This document shows positions 37,748-49,093 of a stretch of 64,000 nt of DNA, in pieces; position 1 is the stretch's first letter; every line of letters begins with the position of its first letter. The DNA comes from an uncultured delta proteobacterium. Lineage in GTDB: Bacteria; Myxococcota_A; Polyangia; Palsa-1104. The notes under the pieces were generated by a model. It had not been told where the DNA came from and ran no database searches. It worked only from the letters and a program-made list of their open reading frames with translations. The DNA is taken from contig CAWFMP010000002.1 in NCBI GenBank assembly GCA_963816965.1, positions 875,673-939,672 of the forward strand, in the 5' to 3' direction. The translations under genes and the position numbers were made by a program.

Positions 37748-39047
37748 TGTCCCGGGTCGTCTACCAGGTTTTCGTGGCCGCCTTCGGCGGGCTCGACGGC
37801 GTGACCGCGCACCTCGATCACGTCGCCGCGTTCGGCGCCGACGCGGTCTACCTCACCCCGATCTTCACGTCGCCGTCGTCGCACAAGTACGACACCGTCG
37901 ACTTCGACCGCGTCGATCCCGCGCTCGGCGGCGAGGCGGCGTTCGACCGGCTCGTCGCCGCCTGCCGCGCGCGCTCGCTCGGCCTCGTCCTCGACGGCGT
38001 CTTCAACCACGTCGGGCAGGGGCATCGCTGGCTCGCACGAGCACCCGGATTGGTTCAGCGGCAGCGACTGGCGCGGCTTTCCGTCGCTGCGCGAGCTCGA
38101 CACCACGAACCCGGCAGTGCGGCGCGCCTGCTGCGACGTGGTCGCGCGCTGGACCGCGCGCGGCGCCACCGGCTGGCGGCTCGACTGCGCCAACGATCTG
38201 GGCCTCGGCTTCGCCGGCGAGCTGGCGCGGGCGGCGCGCGAGGCCGGCGCCACCGACGGCGTCATCGGCGAGGTGATGGCCTACGGCGCCGGCTGGGCGC
38301 GCCCCCGGGAGGGCGGGCTCGACGGCGTCATGAACTACTGGCTGCGCGCCACCGCGCTGGCGCTGGCCTCGTCGTCGGCGCCGGCCGGATCAGCTGCAGC
38401 AGCGCGCTCGATCGGCTCGCCGCCGAAGAGGACCCGCCGCGCGCTTGCAGGCGTCGTGGTCGCTGCGTCGGCTCGCACGACACGCGCGCGCCTGGCCACC
38501 GCGCTCGACGACGACGCGGCGCGGATTCGCCTCGCGCTCGCGCTGGCGTTCGTCTATCCGGGCGTGCCGATGATCTACTACGGCGACGAGCTCGGCATGC
38601 ACGCCGCCGGCGATCCCGACAATCGCCGCCCGCTGCCCCCGCCGCCGACCTGGGACGAAGATCGGCGCGCGCTCGTCGGCGGCGCTGGGCGCGCTGCGCC
38701 GCCAGGAGCCGGCGCTCGCGCACGGCCGCTACGTGTCGCTGGCGCAGCCGGGCAGCGACGTCGTCGCCTTCGCGCGCGTCACCGACGATCCCGCCGAGAC
38801 GCTGCTGTTCGTCGCCAACGCCACGCCGCGTCCGATCGCGCGCACGCCTGTTCGTGGCGCTGCCGCTGATGCTCGACGCGCTGCCGCTGCACGATCTGCT
38901 CGAGCCGGCGGCGCCGGCGCGCCGGATGTCGATCGGGCACGCTCGACGTCACCCTGCCGGGCCACGGCTGCGCTGGTGCTGCGCCCGCGCGATACCAATC
39001 CGGGCGGCTATCGATTCTTCAAACCCGTGCTAGATTTCCGGCCGTGA
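37748..39047 (+). pseudogene. cytoplasmic GH13 alpha-amylase-family enzyme, reading frame broken at least 3 times
   Basis: VVYQVFVAAFGG (GH13 N-terminal signature), VYLTPIFTSPSSHKYDTVDF, LVLDGVFNHVGQGHRWL, GWRLDCANDLG, VMNYWL, then C-terminal segments in other frames. Confidence 0.65.
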
Positions 39048-41418
39048 AAAAGCTGGTCGACTTCGCTCGCCGGCACCGCCGAGAAGCGCATCGCCTTCGC
39101 GCTCATCTGCCTGCTGCGCGGTCGTCTACATCCCGCTCGCCGGCAACTACGGCCTGTGGGATCCGTGGGAGTCGCACTACGGCGAGGTCGCGCGCCAGAT
39201 GGCGCAGCGCAACGACTGCGATCAGCCTGTGGTGGCCCGGCTCGCCGCAAGATCGCCCGGAGTTCTGGTCCAAGCCGGTGCTCACCGAGTGGCTGATCGC
39301 GCTGTCGATGAAGCTGTTCGGCCTCGAGTGGGCGCCACGCCGCCCGCGAACCAGATGGTGGCCAGCTGGCGCGCCCGAGTGGGCGGTGCGCCTGCCGGGC
39401 ATCCTGCTCGTCGATCGCGTCGGTCTGGGCGGTGTGGCAGCTGGTGCGCCGCCTCGCCGGGCGTCGCGCCGGCGGTGCTGGCGGCGCTGGTGCTGGCGAC
39501 GTCGTCGCAGTGGGCGTTCATCACGCGCCAGGCGATGACCGACATGCCGTTCGTCTCGCCGATGACCATCGCGCTCTGCTTCGCGGCAATCGCGCTCATC
39601 GGCCCCGAAGAGGAGTTCGAAGCCGAGCTGCCGCGCACTCAGCTGCGCTACGGCCTATCGGTGCCGCGCGCGACGGCGTGGTGGGTCTTCTTCGCGCTCT
39701 TCTCGGTCTGCACGCTGCCGCAGCTGATCGTCTTCTCGATCCAGCTGCACGATGTCCGGCAACATCCTCGGCTTCCACGTGCGCACCATCGGCCTGGTGC
39801 CCATGCTCATCTACTTCGCCGCCTACTTCGGCGGCGTGTGGTGGTGCGCGCGCGCGAAGAATCGTGCGCCAGCTCTACCTCTTCTCCGCCTACGTGCTCT
39901 GCGGCCATGGCGACGCTGGCCAAGGGGCCGGCCGGCATCGCGCTGCCCGGCATCGTGCTGGTGGTGTGGCTGGTGGTCGCCGGGCGCTGGCGCGACATCT
40001 ATCGCAAGCTCGAGATCCCGCGCGGCGCTGGTCCTGTTCATCGCCGCCGCGCTGCCCGTGGTACCACGCGATGCTCATCCGCCACGGCGCGCCGTTCTGG
40101 AAGGAGTTCATCGGCGACAACTACGTGCACCGCGCCGAGGGGCGCCACGGCGATCGCGGCACGTTCGAGTACTACCTGCAGTACATCGGCTACGGCATGT
40201 TCCCCTGGTCGGGCATCGCCACGCTCGGCGCCGCGCTCGGCTTCTCGCGGCTGCGCGAGAAAGTCGCCGCGCGCGCAGCTCATCGGCTTCGCGCTGGTCT
40301 GGTTCCTCGTCGACTTCACGACGGTGTCGCTGGTCAACACCAAGTTCCACCACTACATCCTGCCGGCGCTGCCGGCGCTGGCGGTGCTTGGCGGGGCTGT
40401 TTCTCGACGATTTGTTGCGCGCGCCGACCAAGGCGCAGCTGTGGGGCATGGCGCTGTTGGCGATGCCGCTGACCTTCTTGTGCGGGGCGCGATCTGTCGG
40501 CGTTCCCGCCGCGCCTGCTGTGGCAGTTCAACTACGACTACGTCAACACGCCCGGCACCGGGCGGCCGTGGCCGCTGGTCTCGCAGTACGGCGATCGCTA
40601 CGAGTACGGCTTTCAGATCCTGGTGTTCGCCATCGCGGCCGCGCTCGCCGTCGGCGGCTTGACGCTGGTGGCTTGGCTGTCGCGCAAAGAGCCCGACGAG
40701 GCCAGGCGCGCGCCGACGGTCGACGGCAGCCAGCCGCGCCGCTTCGCGCTGATCACCGGCGTGCTGCTGGTGGTCGTCGCTCGCCGTCGGCATCGCGCTC
40801 GGCCCGGCGACGCCCAACGGCGCGGCGCCGGTGATCGACCGCTGGGCGTGGCTTTTGCCGACGCTGCTCATGCTGCCTGGCTCGGGGCGCCTGGCGCGCT
40901 CTGCTCGTGCCGCGCATCGCCGCTGCCGCGCAGCATCCTGGTCTGGCTCGTGGGCGCCGTCGCGGTGGTCTGGACCGGCTTCATCCTCGACAAGGTGCTG
41001 GTCGAGCTGTCGCCGCACTGGGCGCAGAAGCACGTGATCGCCGTCCTACTACGCCAAGCGCAAGGGGCCCGAGGAGCCGCTCATCGCCTGGCAGCTCTAT
41101 TGGCGCGGCGAGAACTTCTACACGCGAACGAGATCTACGATCCCCACAAGCCGCAGGCGGAGAAGACGGTCTTCCTCGGCGATCGCAACGTCGAGAAGAT
41201 GCAGGCCTACTTCAAGGCGCACCACGGGCGAGCGCGTCTTCTTCGTCGTCGAGCGGGTGCGCTTCGAGGCGCTGCGCGGGCTGCTCCCCGTCGAGGCGCG
41301 GCCGACGCTGCAGGTGGTGGACCGGAGCAACAACAAGCTCTACCTGGCGACGGCGCAGCTCGGCCAGTCAGCCCCGCTCGGGACCCGAACGGAACGTCTC
41401 GATCACGATATCCGTTAG
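39047..41418 (+). pseudogene. GT39/GT83-type (ArnT/PMT-like) integral-membrane glycosyltransferase, reading frame broken at least 6 times
   Basis: GNYGLWDPWESHYGEVARQMAQRND, SLWWPGSPQDRPEFWSKPVLTEWLIALSMKLFGLEWA, many TM segments and C-terminal YYAKRKGPEEPLIAWQLYWRGENFYT...TLQVVDRSNNKLYLATAQLGQ scattered over three frames. Confidence 0.65.
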
Positions 41419-42484
41419 CCCCGTCGCCTGCACCGCGAGGAACATCAGCGCCAGGACGGCGAGCACGATCGCGGCGCTGCGGCCGAGGCGCGCCGCCAGC
41501 GAAATCGGGCCGCGCTCGAGGCGCGCGGCGAAGCTGAGCGAGGTCAGCCATACCACGGCGCCGCCGCCGACGGCGATGCCGCTGGTGGCCAGGCCGATGG
41601 CCCGGTTCTCCGTCAGCGCGGCGGTGACGAACAGGATGGCGACGGGCAGGTAGTAGAGCAGCTCGAGCGGCACGCGGCGCAGGCGCGCGCGCGGGACGAC
41701 GGCGCGCAGGTGCAGGAACGCGAACGCCAGCAGATAACAGATGCAGACGGCGACGAGGATGGCGCGCACGACCCAGCTCACCGAGTCGGCGAGACCCTCC
41801 TGGCCGGCGCTGTGCGCGATCGGATCGCTCATGGCAGCGAGCTGGCGGTACAGCACGCGCGCGGCGAAGGGATGGCCGCGCGACAAGAGGATGTCGGCCC
41901 GCGCCTTCTCGGCCCGCCGCGCCCACTCACTCGACGGGAAGCGGCGCTCGAGCTCGGAGTAGCGCGCCATCGCCTCGCCCCAGCGGTGCGCTTCGGCGAG
42001 CCGCTGGCCCAGCCAGAAGAGCGCGCGATCGGCGAGCGCGAAGGTCGGGCCATTTGGTGAGCAGCGCCTCCATGCGCGCGCGCGACTCGGCGCGCGGCCG
42101 CGCGGCCGCCCCGGCGAGGATGTCGTCGTACTCGCGCAACGGCTCTTCGCCGGTGGTGAGCGAGCGCGCGAGAAAGTCGGCGCGCGTGCTCGCCCGGCGC
42201 GACAGGCGGCTCGACGGGTAGCGCGTCGCGACCTCGGCGTACAGTCTGCGGGCGCGAACCGGATCGGAGAGGCGCGACTCGGCGACGACCGCGGCCTCGA
42301 AGAGCGCGTCGGGCGCGAAGGAGTCGTTGGGTAGCTCGTGGCCGAGCTGCTCCAGCGCGGCGGCCGCAGCGGAGAACTGTCCCTTGGCCTCGAGCGCGGT
42401 CCCGGCTTCGAAGCGCTGCTGCGCCGTCTCCGCGCGCGCCAGACCGCCGCAGGCGATCACGGCGACGAGGATTGCGGCGCGCAT
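41368..42484 (-). CDS. secreted TPR protein with C-terminal multi-TM domain (one frame disruption near 41970)
   Basis: Signal peptide MRAAILVAVIACGGLARA; TPR-like repeats; second half (MARYSELERRFPSSEWARRAEKA..., TM helices) in adjacent frame. Confidence 0.6.
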
Positions 42485-42496
42485 GGCGCGAGCTTA

Positions 42497-43033
42497 CTAC
42501 GCGACGGCCTTGCGCGCTTCGTCGAGCAGTGTGACCAGCGGCGGGTGGTGGCCGCCGGTCTCCGACTTGAAGCGCCAGGTCACTTCACCGTCGCGGCGGA
42601 TGATCATGGCGCCGCCGAGCTGCCAGGGATCGCCGGCCGTGGTGCGCTGCGGATGCTTCAGGTACGACTTGACGCCGTGCAGCCACGACGACGGGTGCAG
42701 CGTCGCGCCCATCGATCGCTTCCAGCCGGCCGCCCGATAGGACGCCAGCGCCTGGTCGACGAGGATCGGCAGCGACTCGGCTTGCAGGTGCCGCTGGAAG
42801 TCGCGCGCCTGCGCCGGCGTGCCCGAGCCGATGACGTAGGGCTCGACGGCGATGGTGCGCAGCTCCCCGACGTGCGGCCGCAACTCGGCCACCTGCTCCT
42901 GGCAGAAGGTTCAGCCGAAGTGGCGCACCCACAGGACGAGCGCGGGCCGGTCGCGCCACAGCGCGCGCATCGCGCGCGGGCGGTCATCGGTGTCGCGCAG
43001 CTCGACCGTGGCCAGCTCGTCGCCGACGCGCAT
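42497..43033 (-). CDS. PRX-like2 (AhpC/TSA-related thioredoxin-fold) redoxin; candidate selenoprotein with in-frame UGA (RHFG-U-TFC)
   Basis: Translation reads ...PALVLWVRHFG*TFCQEQVAELRPHVGEL... with TGA (plus-strand 42911-42913) exactly where the first Cys of the CxxC motif is expected; 7-bp-stem hairpin GUGGCCG-AGUUG-CGGCCGCAC begins about 21 nt downstream; ATG overlaps upstream gene stop. Confidence 0.55.
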
Positions 43034-44058
43034 CAGAAGGGCAGCACGCCGACGGTGTCGCCGGGCGAGACGGAGAGCAGCTTCAGGGTCGCCGCCGGCA
43101 GGCCGACGTCGCCCCCTTCGAGGCGGAAGCGCGAGCCGGCGGCGGCGAAGTGCGGCGCGCGGTCGTGCTCGACGGAGACCAGGCCCATGAGCGGCCCGAC
43201 GTCCTCGCTCGCGGGCAGCGCCACCACGCGCGCGCTCCGGGTCGCTTTGACCAGCGTGATGTCGTCGGTCTTGGCGATGAAGTGCGGGCCGCCGTCGAAC
43301 GGATCGATGCGGTCGGCGTACTCGAAGCCGATGCGGCGCAGCATCTTCTCGACGCCCTTGGTGTCGGGCCCGACCTGACCGATGAGCTCCTGCACCGGCT
43401 CGGGCAGAAGCGAGATGTAGATCGAGTCGGCCGGGAACAGCGCGCGGATGAACTCCTTGTTCGTCTGCGAGACGCGATCCGCCTCTTGATAGCGACATGC
43501 CGGTGAAGTGGCGGCCGAGCGCCTCCCACAGCAGCGAGGTGCCGTCGGCGTTCGAGCGGCGGCAGCAGCTCCGAGAGCACCTCGTCGCGGAACGAGGCGC
43601 GGTGCAGCCCGATGTAGAGGAAGCGCACGTAGGAGAGCCACTTGCCGAGCGCCTCGGTCTGGCGGCGGTAGTCGGGGTGCAGCACCAGCCCGCCGATCTC
43701 GGTCGGGCCGTTGTAGTTGTAGCCGATGCGCAGCACCTGGTGGATGAAGTGCTTGTCGAGCGTCTCGGAGTAGCGCTCGTCCTGCATGACGTCGAAGAAG
43801 ATGTGCGGCGCGCGCCGCGTGCCGTGCTGCGCGTGGATCATCGAGGTGCCGATGATCTTCTGCTCCGCGTCGTCGATGAGGACGAACAGGTACTCGCGCT
43901 TGAAGACGTCGAGCTGGCCGTTGAAGGACTTGCGCGACTGCTCGATCAGCTTCTCGAGGATGCGCGCGATCGGCGGGCAGGTTCACGGTGTCGAGGTGTG
44001 ACGCGACAGCGTGGAGCCCTTCCAAGTCTTCGGGGAAGACCTCGCGGATCCGGTACAT
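43033..44058 (-). pseudogene. arginine N-succinyltransferase (AstA/AruF) family protein, reading frame broken
   Basis: C-terminal LLPEPVQELIGQVGPDTKGVEKMLRRIGFEYADRIDPFDGGPHFIAKTDDITLV aligns with AstA; central region (HPDYRRQTEALGKWLSYVRFLYIGL...) in another frame. Confidence 0.65.
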
Positions 44059-44088
44059 TTGGGCGCACCCTCGACGGAAAAAGGGAGG

Positions 44089-44958
44089 CTACACCTGACC
44101 CGGGGGCCAGGCAAGCGGCGGCACCGCCCGGGGCCACAGGCGGATCGGTGAGCGCAACGGCATGTTGGCCAGGTCGACCAGCACGCGGGCGAGCGCGTCG
44201 AGCAGCGGCGGCGTCAGCTTGCGCTCGGGCAACAGATACGCGTAGTTGATGATCTTGATCGGCGCCTGACCGGTGGTGGCGCGGCGCGCGTTCTCCTGGT
44301 CGATCCAGTCGAGGATGTGTGGCAGCGCGACGACGGTGGCCGCCTGGATGTCGTGAAACAGCACGATGGCGCGGCCGTGCAGCGTCATCAGGTGCCGCTC
44401 GACGTAGGCTTCGATCTTGGGCGCGTTGCGCAGGCGCCAGTCCTGCGGGTCGATGTCCCAGCCGATCGGCTTGATGCCCAGCCCGCCCAGCACGGCGTTG
44501 AGCTGCTTGCAGTGCGCGCCGTAGGGGGTGCGGAAGAGATCGGGGCGCTGGCCGATGGCGTCCTCGATCAGCTTGGCGTTGCCTTCGATCTCCTGCCACG
44601 CCTGCTTGATGTAGAAGTGGCCGCACAAAAAGTAGTGATGGATGGTGTGGTTGCCGACGGCGTGGCCGCGACGCAGCTCCTCGCGCACCAGCTCGCGCGA
44701 CTTCTCGGCGTTGGCGCTCGTGCCTTGCAGGTGCATGCCGAGGACGAAGAAGACCGCCTTGATGCCGTGCTGGTCGAGGGTGTCGAGGATCTTGGGCGTC
44801 TTGTCGACAGCGGGGCCGTCGTCGAAGGTGAGGAGGATTTCGGGTGGGGCGTTCTTGCCGGCGCCGGCCGCATCCTTGGCCGGCGCCGCGAACGCAGAGG
44901 TCGCGAGCAACGTGGCAAGGATGAACGCGGCTTGTCGCACGAACCTTGAGGCTATCAC
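44089..44958 (-). CDS. secreted polysaccharide deacetylase (NodB-homology domain)
   Basis: Signal peptide; TFDDGP and HTIHH motifs. Confidence 0.85.
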   Translation of the reverse strand: MIASRFVRQAAFILATLLATSAFAAPAKDAAGAGKNAPPEILLTFDDGPAVDKTPKILDTLDQHGIKAVFFVLGMHLQGTSANAEKSRELVREELRRGHAVGNHTIHHYFLCGHFYIKQAWQEIEGNAKLIEDAIGQRPDLFRTPYGAHCKQLNAVLGGLGIKPIGWDIDPQDWRLRNAPKIEAYVERHLMTLHGRAIVLFHDIQAATVVALPHILDWIDQENARRATTGQAPIKIINYAYLLPERKLTPPLLDALARVLVDLANMPLRSPIRLWPRAVPPLAWPPGQV

Positions 44959-44988
44959 TCAGCCGTCGTGCGGCAAGTAGTTGCGTGG

Positions 44989-45490
44989 CTAGAAGGGGAT
45001 GTCGTCGTCGCTGGGAGGGCCGCCGAACTCGCCGCCGCCGCCGCCGCCGCCGCTCTCGCCGCCCCCTTCGCCGCCACGTCCGCGAGGCGGCCCGTAGCCG
45101 CCGCCGCCGCCGCCGCCAGGTCCAGCCGCCGCCAGGTCCACCGCCGCCAGGTCCACCGCCGCCGAGGAACTGCACCGTGTTGGCGACGATCTCGGTCATG
45201 TACTTCTTCTCGCCCGAGCTCTTGTCGTCCCACGAACGCGTCTGCAGGCGCCCTTCGACGTAGACCTGCCGTCCCTTGTCGAGGTACTGCGCGCAGTTCT
45301 CGCCCTGCTTGCCCCAGACGACGACGCGGTGCCACTCGGTGCGTTCCTGCTTCTGCTGGTTCTTGTCGGTGAAGCTCTCGTTGGTGGCGATGCGCATCTC
45401 GCACACCGCCTGGCCCGACGGCAAATACTTCAGCTCCGGCTTGGCGCCGAGGTTGCCGATCAGGATCACCTTGTTCACGCTGCCCGCCAT
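44989..45490 (-). CDS. ssb: single-stranded DNA-binding protein (frame disruption inside Gly-rich tail)
   Basis: [40 protein letters not shown]...[19 protein letters not shown]; canonical DDDIPF C-terminus only recovered after a frame change in GGGGPGGGG repeats. Confidence 0.85.
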
Positions 45491-45562
45491 GGTCGCCAGC
45501 ATGCGGTCGCCGCGCGAATTGGTCAAGTGTTCAGTACGGAAAATCTGCTACCTTTCCACGCC

Positions 45563-46345
45563 ATGTTTCGCGAGCTGCGAGTCGCCGTGGTGATCCCGGC
45601 GTTCAACGAGGAGCTGAACGTCGCGCGCACCGTGCGTGACGTGCCGGCGTGGGTCGATCACGTGCTCGTCGTCGACGATGCGTCGCACGATTCCACCTTC
45701 TTGGAGGCGTCGCGCCTGCGCCGCCGCGGGCTCGAGGTCTTGCAGCACCCGCGCAACCGCGGCGTCGGCGCGGCGATCGCCACCGGCTACCGGCGCGCGC
45801 TCGAGCTCGGCGTCGACGCGGCGGTGGTGATGGCCGGCGACGGCCAGATGGATCCGGTCGATCTGCCGGCGCTGCTCGCGCCGGTCGTCGACGGCGCCGC
45901 CGACTACGTCAAGGGCAACCGCTTCGCCCACGCCGACGTCTGGCGCGTCATGCCGCCGGCGCGCGTGGTCGGCAACGTTGCGCTGTCGCTCCTGACCCGG
46001 CTGACCAGCGGCTACTGGCACCTCTTCGATTCGCAGTGCGGCTACACGGTCGCGTCGCGGCGGGCGTTGGCGGTCATCGACGCGGCGGGTCTGTTCCCGC
46101 GCTACGGCTATCCGAACGATCTGCTGTCGCGGCTGAACGCGGCCGGCCTGCGCGTGCGCGACGTGCCGGTGCGTGCGATCTACGGCGCCAACTGGCGCTC
46201 GGGCATTCGCCTGTCGACGGTGGTGTACCCGATGTCGTTCGTGCTGGTGCGATCGTGGATGCGGCGCCTGCTGGCCAAGCGGACGACGCCGGTGGAGATC
46301 GCCACGCCGGCGGAGGCGGCCGCCGAGTGCGCATCGGCGTCCTGA
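45563..46345 (+). CDS. GT2 family glycosyltransferase (polyprenyl-phosphate sugar transferase-like)
   Basis: VAVVIPAFNEE...VDHVLVVDDASHDST...MAGDGQMDP. Confidence 0.85.
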   Translation: MFRELRVAVVIPAFNEELNVARTVRDVPAWVDHVLVVDDASHDSTFLEASRLRRRGLEVLQHPRNRGVGAAIATGYRRALELGVDAAVVMAGDGQMDPVDLPALLAPVVDGAADYVKGNRFAHADVWRVMPPARVVGNVALSLLTRLTSGYWHLFDSQCGYTVASRRALAVIDAAGLFPRYGYPNDLLSRLNAAGLRVRDVPVRAIYGANWRSGIRLSTVVYPMSFVLVRSWMRRLLAKRTTPVEIATPAEAAAECASAS

Positions 46346-47400
46346 CCACCTCGTATCCGCGCGACGCCGACGACGCGGCGGGCGCGTTCGTCGCCGGCTT
46401 CGCGCGCTGGCTGGCGGCGCATGTCGGCGACGTCGACGTCGTGTGCGCCGACGGCGCGCGGCCGCTGTTCTATCGCGGCGGCGCGCCCGAGGCGCTCAAG
46501 CAGGGACGCTGGGCCGAGGCGGCGGCGTTCAGCGCCCACCTATTGATGGAGGCCCGGCGGCGCCGCCGCGCCTGGGACGCGGTGGTGTCGCACTGGCTGG
46601 TGCCGTCGGGCGCCGTCGCCGACGTCTGTGCGCCGGCGCGGCACCTGGCGATCGCGCACGGCTCCGACGTGCGCCTCTTGTCGTCGCTGCCCGGAGGGCG
46701 GGCGCTGGTGCGGCGGCTGGCGCGGCGCGCCGAGCTGGTCTACGTCGCCGACGCCCTGCGCGTCGAGGGCGCGCCCGGGCGCGTGGTGCCGATGGCCATC
46801 GACGTGGCGCCGATCGCTGCGGCCACGACCGCCGCGGCGCGTCTCGCCGCGCGGGCGCAGCTCGGCGTCGACGGCTTCGTGGTCGCCTTCCTCGGCCGCT
46901 TGATCCACGACAAGGGCGCGGATCTGGCGATCGATGCGCTGCCTGCGGACGCCACGCTGCTCATCGGCGGCGACGGACCCGAGCGCGCGTCTCTGGTGAG
47001 ACGCGCGGCCGGGCGCCGCGTGCGCCTGCTCGGCCATGTCGCCGGCGACGCCAAGCTGGCGCTGCTCGCCGCCGCCGACGCGCTCGCCATTCCCTCGCGC
47101 ATCGACGGCGCACCGACGGTGGCGCTGGAGGCGCTCGCCGCCGGCCTGCCCATCGTCACCACCCGCGCCGGCGGCCTGCCCGAGCTCCTCGACGATCGGG
47201 TCGCCATCTTTTGTGAAGCCCGCGCCGAGGCGTTCGCCGACGCGCTCGCGCGATTGCGCGACGACGCGCGGCTGCGCACAACGATGTCGAGCGCTTGCCG
47301 CGCGCTCGCGCCCGCGCACGATTGGTCCGTCGTGGCGCCGCGGCTGTGGAATCGATCGGTGATCCGCGATCCAGGTTGCCTTCGCACGATCCGTGTGTAG
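46330..47400 (+). CDS. GT4 family glycosyltransferase
   Basis: GTG start overlaps upstream stop; C-terminal GT4 motif region IPSRIDGAPTVALEALAAGLPIVTTRAGGLPELL. Confidence 0.8.
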   Translation, partial: RIGVLTTSYPRDADDAAGAFVAGFARWLAAHVGDVDVVCADGARPLFYRGGAPEALKQGRWAEAAAFSAHLLMEARRRRRAWDAVVSHWLVPSGAVADVCAPARHLAIAHGSDVRLLSSLPGGRALVRRLARRAELVYVADALRVEGAPGRVVPMAIDVAPIAAATTAAARLAARAQLGVDGFVVAFLGRLIHDKGADLAIDALPADATLLIGGDGPERASLVRRAAGRRVRLLGHVAGDAKLALLAAADALAIPSRIDGAPTVALEALAAGLPIVTTRAGGLPELLDDRVAIFCEARAEAFADALARLRDDARLRTTMSSACRALAPAHDWSVVAPRLWNRSVIRDPGCLRTIRV

Positions 47401-47415
47401 ATAATCTACGCACCG

Positions 47416-47979
47416 ATGACGACTCCGTCGCCGGACTGTGAAGTCACCTTCATCGTGCGCACTCTCGACGACGAGGAGCGCATCGGCTACCTGCTGGGTC
47501 GCATCGCCCGCTACCTGTCGGCACACGAGCTGTCGGCGGAGATCATCGTCGCCGACGAAGGCTCGGGCGACAACACGGTGGCCGTGGCGGTGATGCTGCG
47601 CCGCCGGATCCGCGAGATCGCGGTGCTGCACGCCCCGCCCGGCGCCGGCTTCCGCGACGCCTGCCAGCGCGCGCGCGGCCGCGTCATCGTGCTCGCCGAC
47701 GCGCGCACCGACGCGCCGCTCGGACCGGTCGGCTACGCGCTCGGCCGGCTGCGCGAAGGGCTCGACGTCGTCGCGCTCGGCGGCCGCTATCTGGTGATGC
47801 GGCGCACTCGCGCCTGGCGCGCGTTCGACGCCCTGGTCGGGCGCCGCGATCCCGCCGCCGTCGAGGCGCGCTTTTTGCGACGGGCGCGACAGCTCGGCCT
47901 CGCCTGCGCAGTGACGCATCGCACGCGCCGCCGCTCGTGGTTGCGCCTGTTCCGGCTGCCGCGCGCCGTCGGCGCCTAG
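47416..47979 (+). CDS. small GT2-like glycosyltransferase
   Basis: 187 aa; EVTFIVRTLDDEERIGYLL...SAEIIVADEGSGDNT resembles GT2 N-terminal fold. Confidence 0.55.
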   Translation: MTTPSPDCEVTFIVRTLDDEERIGYLLGRIARYLSAHELSAEIIVADEGSGDNTVAVAVMLRRRIREIAVLHAPPGAGFRDACQRARGRVIVLADARTDAPLGPVGYALGRLREGLDVVALGGRYLVMRRTRAWRAFDALVGRRDPAAVEARFLRRARQLGLACAVTHRTRRRSWLRLFRLPRAVGA

Positions 47980-48010
47980 CAAGCGCCCAGCCCCGATGCT
48001 ACGTTATTGA

Positions 48011-49079
48011 GATGGACCTTCTGGCAACGCCGGGAACGATCCTGCTCGCCATCCTGGCGCTCGGCATCCTCATCATCGTTCACGAAGGCGGCCACTTCCT
48101 CATCGCCCGCCTCTCGGGTATGCGCGTCGACCGCTTCTCCATCGGCTTCGGCCCCAAGCTCTTCAGCTTCAAGCGCGGCGAGACGATCTATCAGATCGCG
48201 GCCGTCCCGCTCGGCGGCTTCGTCCAGATCGCGGGGCTGAACCCGGGCGAAGAGGGGATGTCGGCCAACGATCCGCGCGCCTATCCCAATCGTCCCGTGT
48301 GGCAGCGCCTGGCGACCATCTTCGCCGGACCGGCGACCAACTACGTCTTCGCCGCGATCATGCTCATCGGCATCTTCCTCGCCTGGGGCGTGCCGGGGCT
48401 GGGCAAGGCGCCGCTGGTCGACGAGGTGGTCGACAAGTCGCCGGCCGCGGCCGCCGGCTTCCAGCCGGAGGACGAGATCAAGGCGGTCGACGGCAAGAAG
48501 GTCGACGACAGCAACCAGGTGCTGCCGATCGTCAACGCTTCGCAGGGGCGCCCCATCGTCGTCGACATCGTGCGCAACGGCAAGCCGATGGCGATCACCG
48601 TCACACCGGCGAAGAACGGCAGCGGCTACTTGATGGGCGTCAAGCTCGGCGGCGTGCAGACCTGGGAGCAGGTGCCGACCGGCACCCGCATCCAGGAGGC
48701 GCTGACCTATCCGTTCCGCTACTCCGCGTTCGTGCTGCAGATGTTGGTCGCCGGCGGCGTCAAGCAGATCTGGCAGCAGGGCTCGGGCCCGGTCGGCATC
48801 GTCAAGGAGATGCGCAAGCGCATCGAGCACGGGCCCAAGCAGGGGTTGATGCTGATCGCGATGATCTCGATCTACCTGGGCCTGTTCAACCTCTTGCCGC
48901 TGCCCGGCCTCGACGGCGGGCGGCTGGTGTTCCTCGGTTGGGAGGCGGTGTCACGCCGGCGCGTCAACGAGCGCATCGAGCAGACGGTGCATATGGTGGG
49001 CGTGCTCATGTTGCTCGGCCTCATCATCGTCATCACCTTCAAGAACGACATTCCCTGGCGCAGCTGGTTCCACCTATGA
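48011..49079 (+). CDS. rseP: RIP zinc metalloprotease RseP (site-2 protease, M50) with PDZ domain
   Basis: 356 aa; HEGGHF HExxH motif, PDZ region, C-terminal LPLPGLDGG motif. Confidence 0.9.
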
Positions 49080-49093
49080 GCGCGCGGCCGTAG

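Noticed and set aside
41368-41418. Possible mis-call from 50-bp convergent overlap of GT39 gene end and TPR membrane gene end
   Set aside because: Both ends are frameshift-ridden, so exact stops cannot be trusted; left as reported with low positional confidence rather than interpreted biologically.
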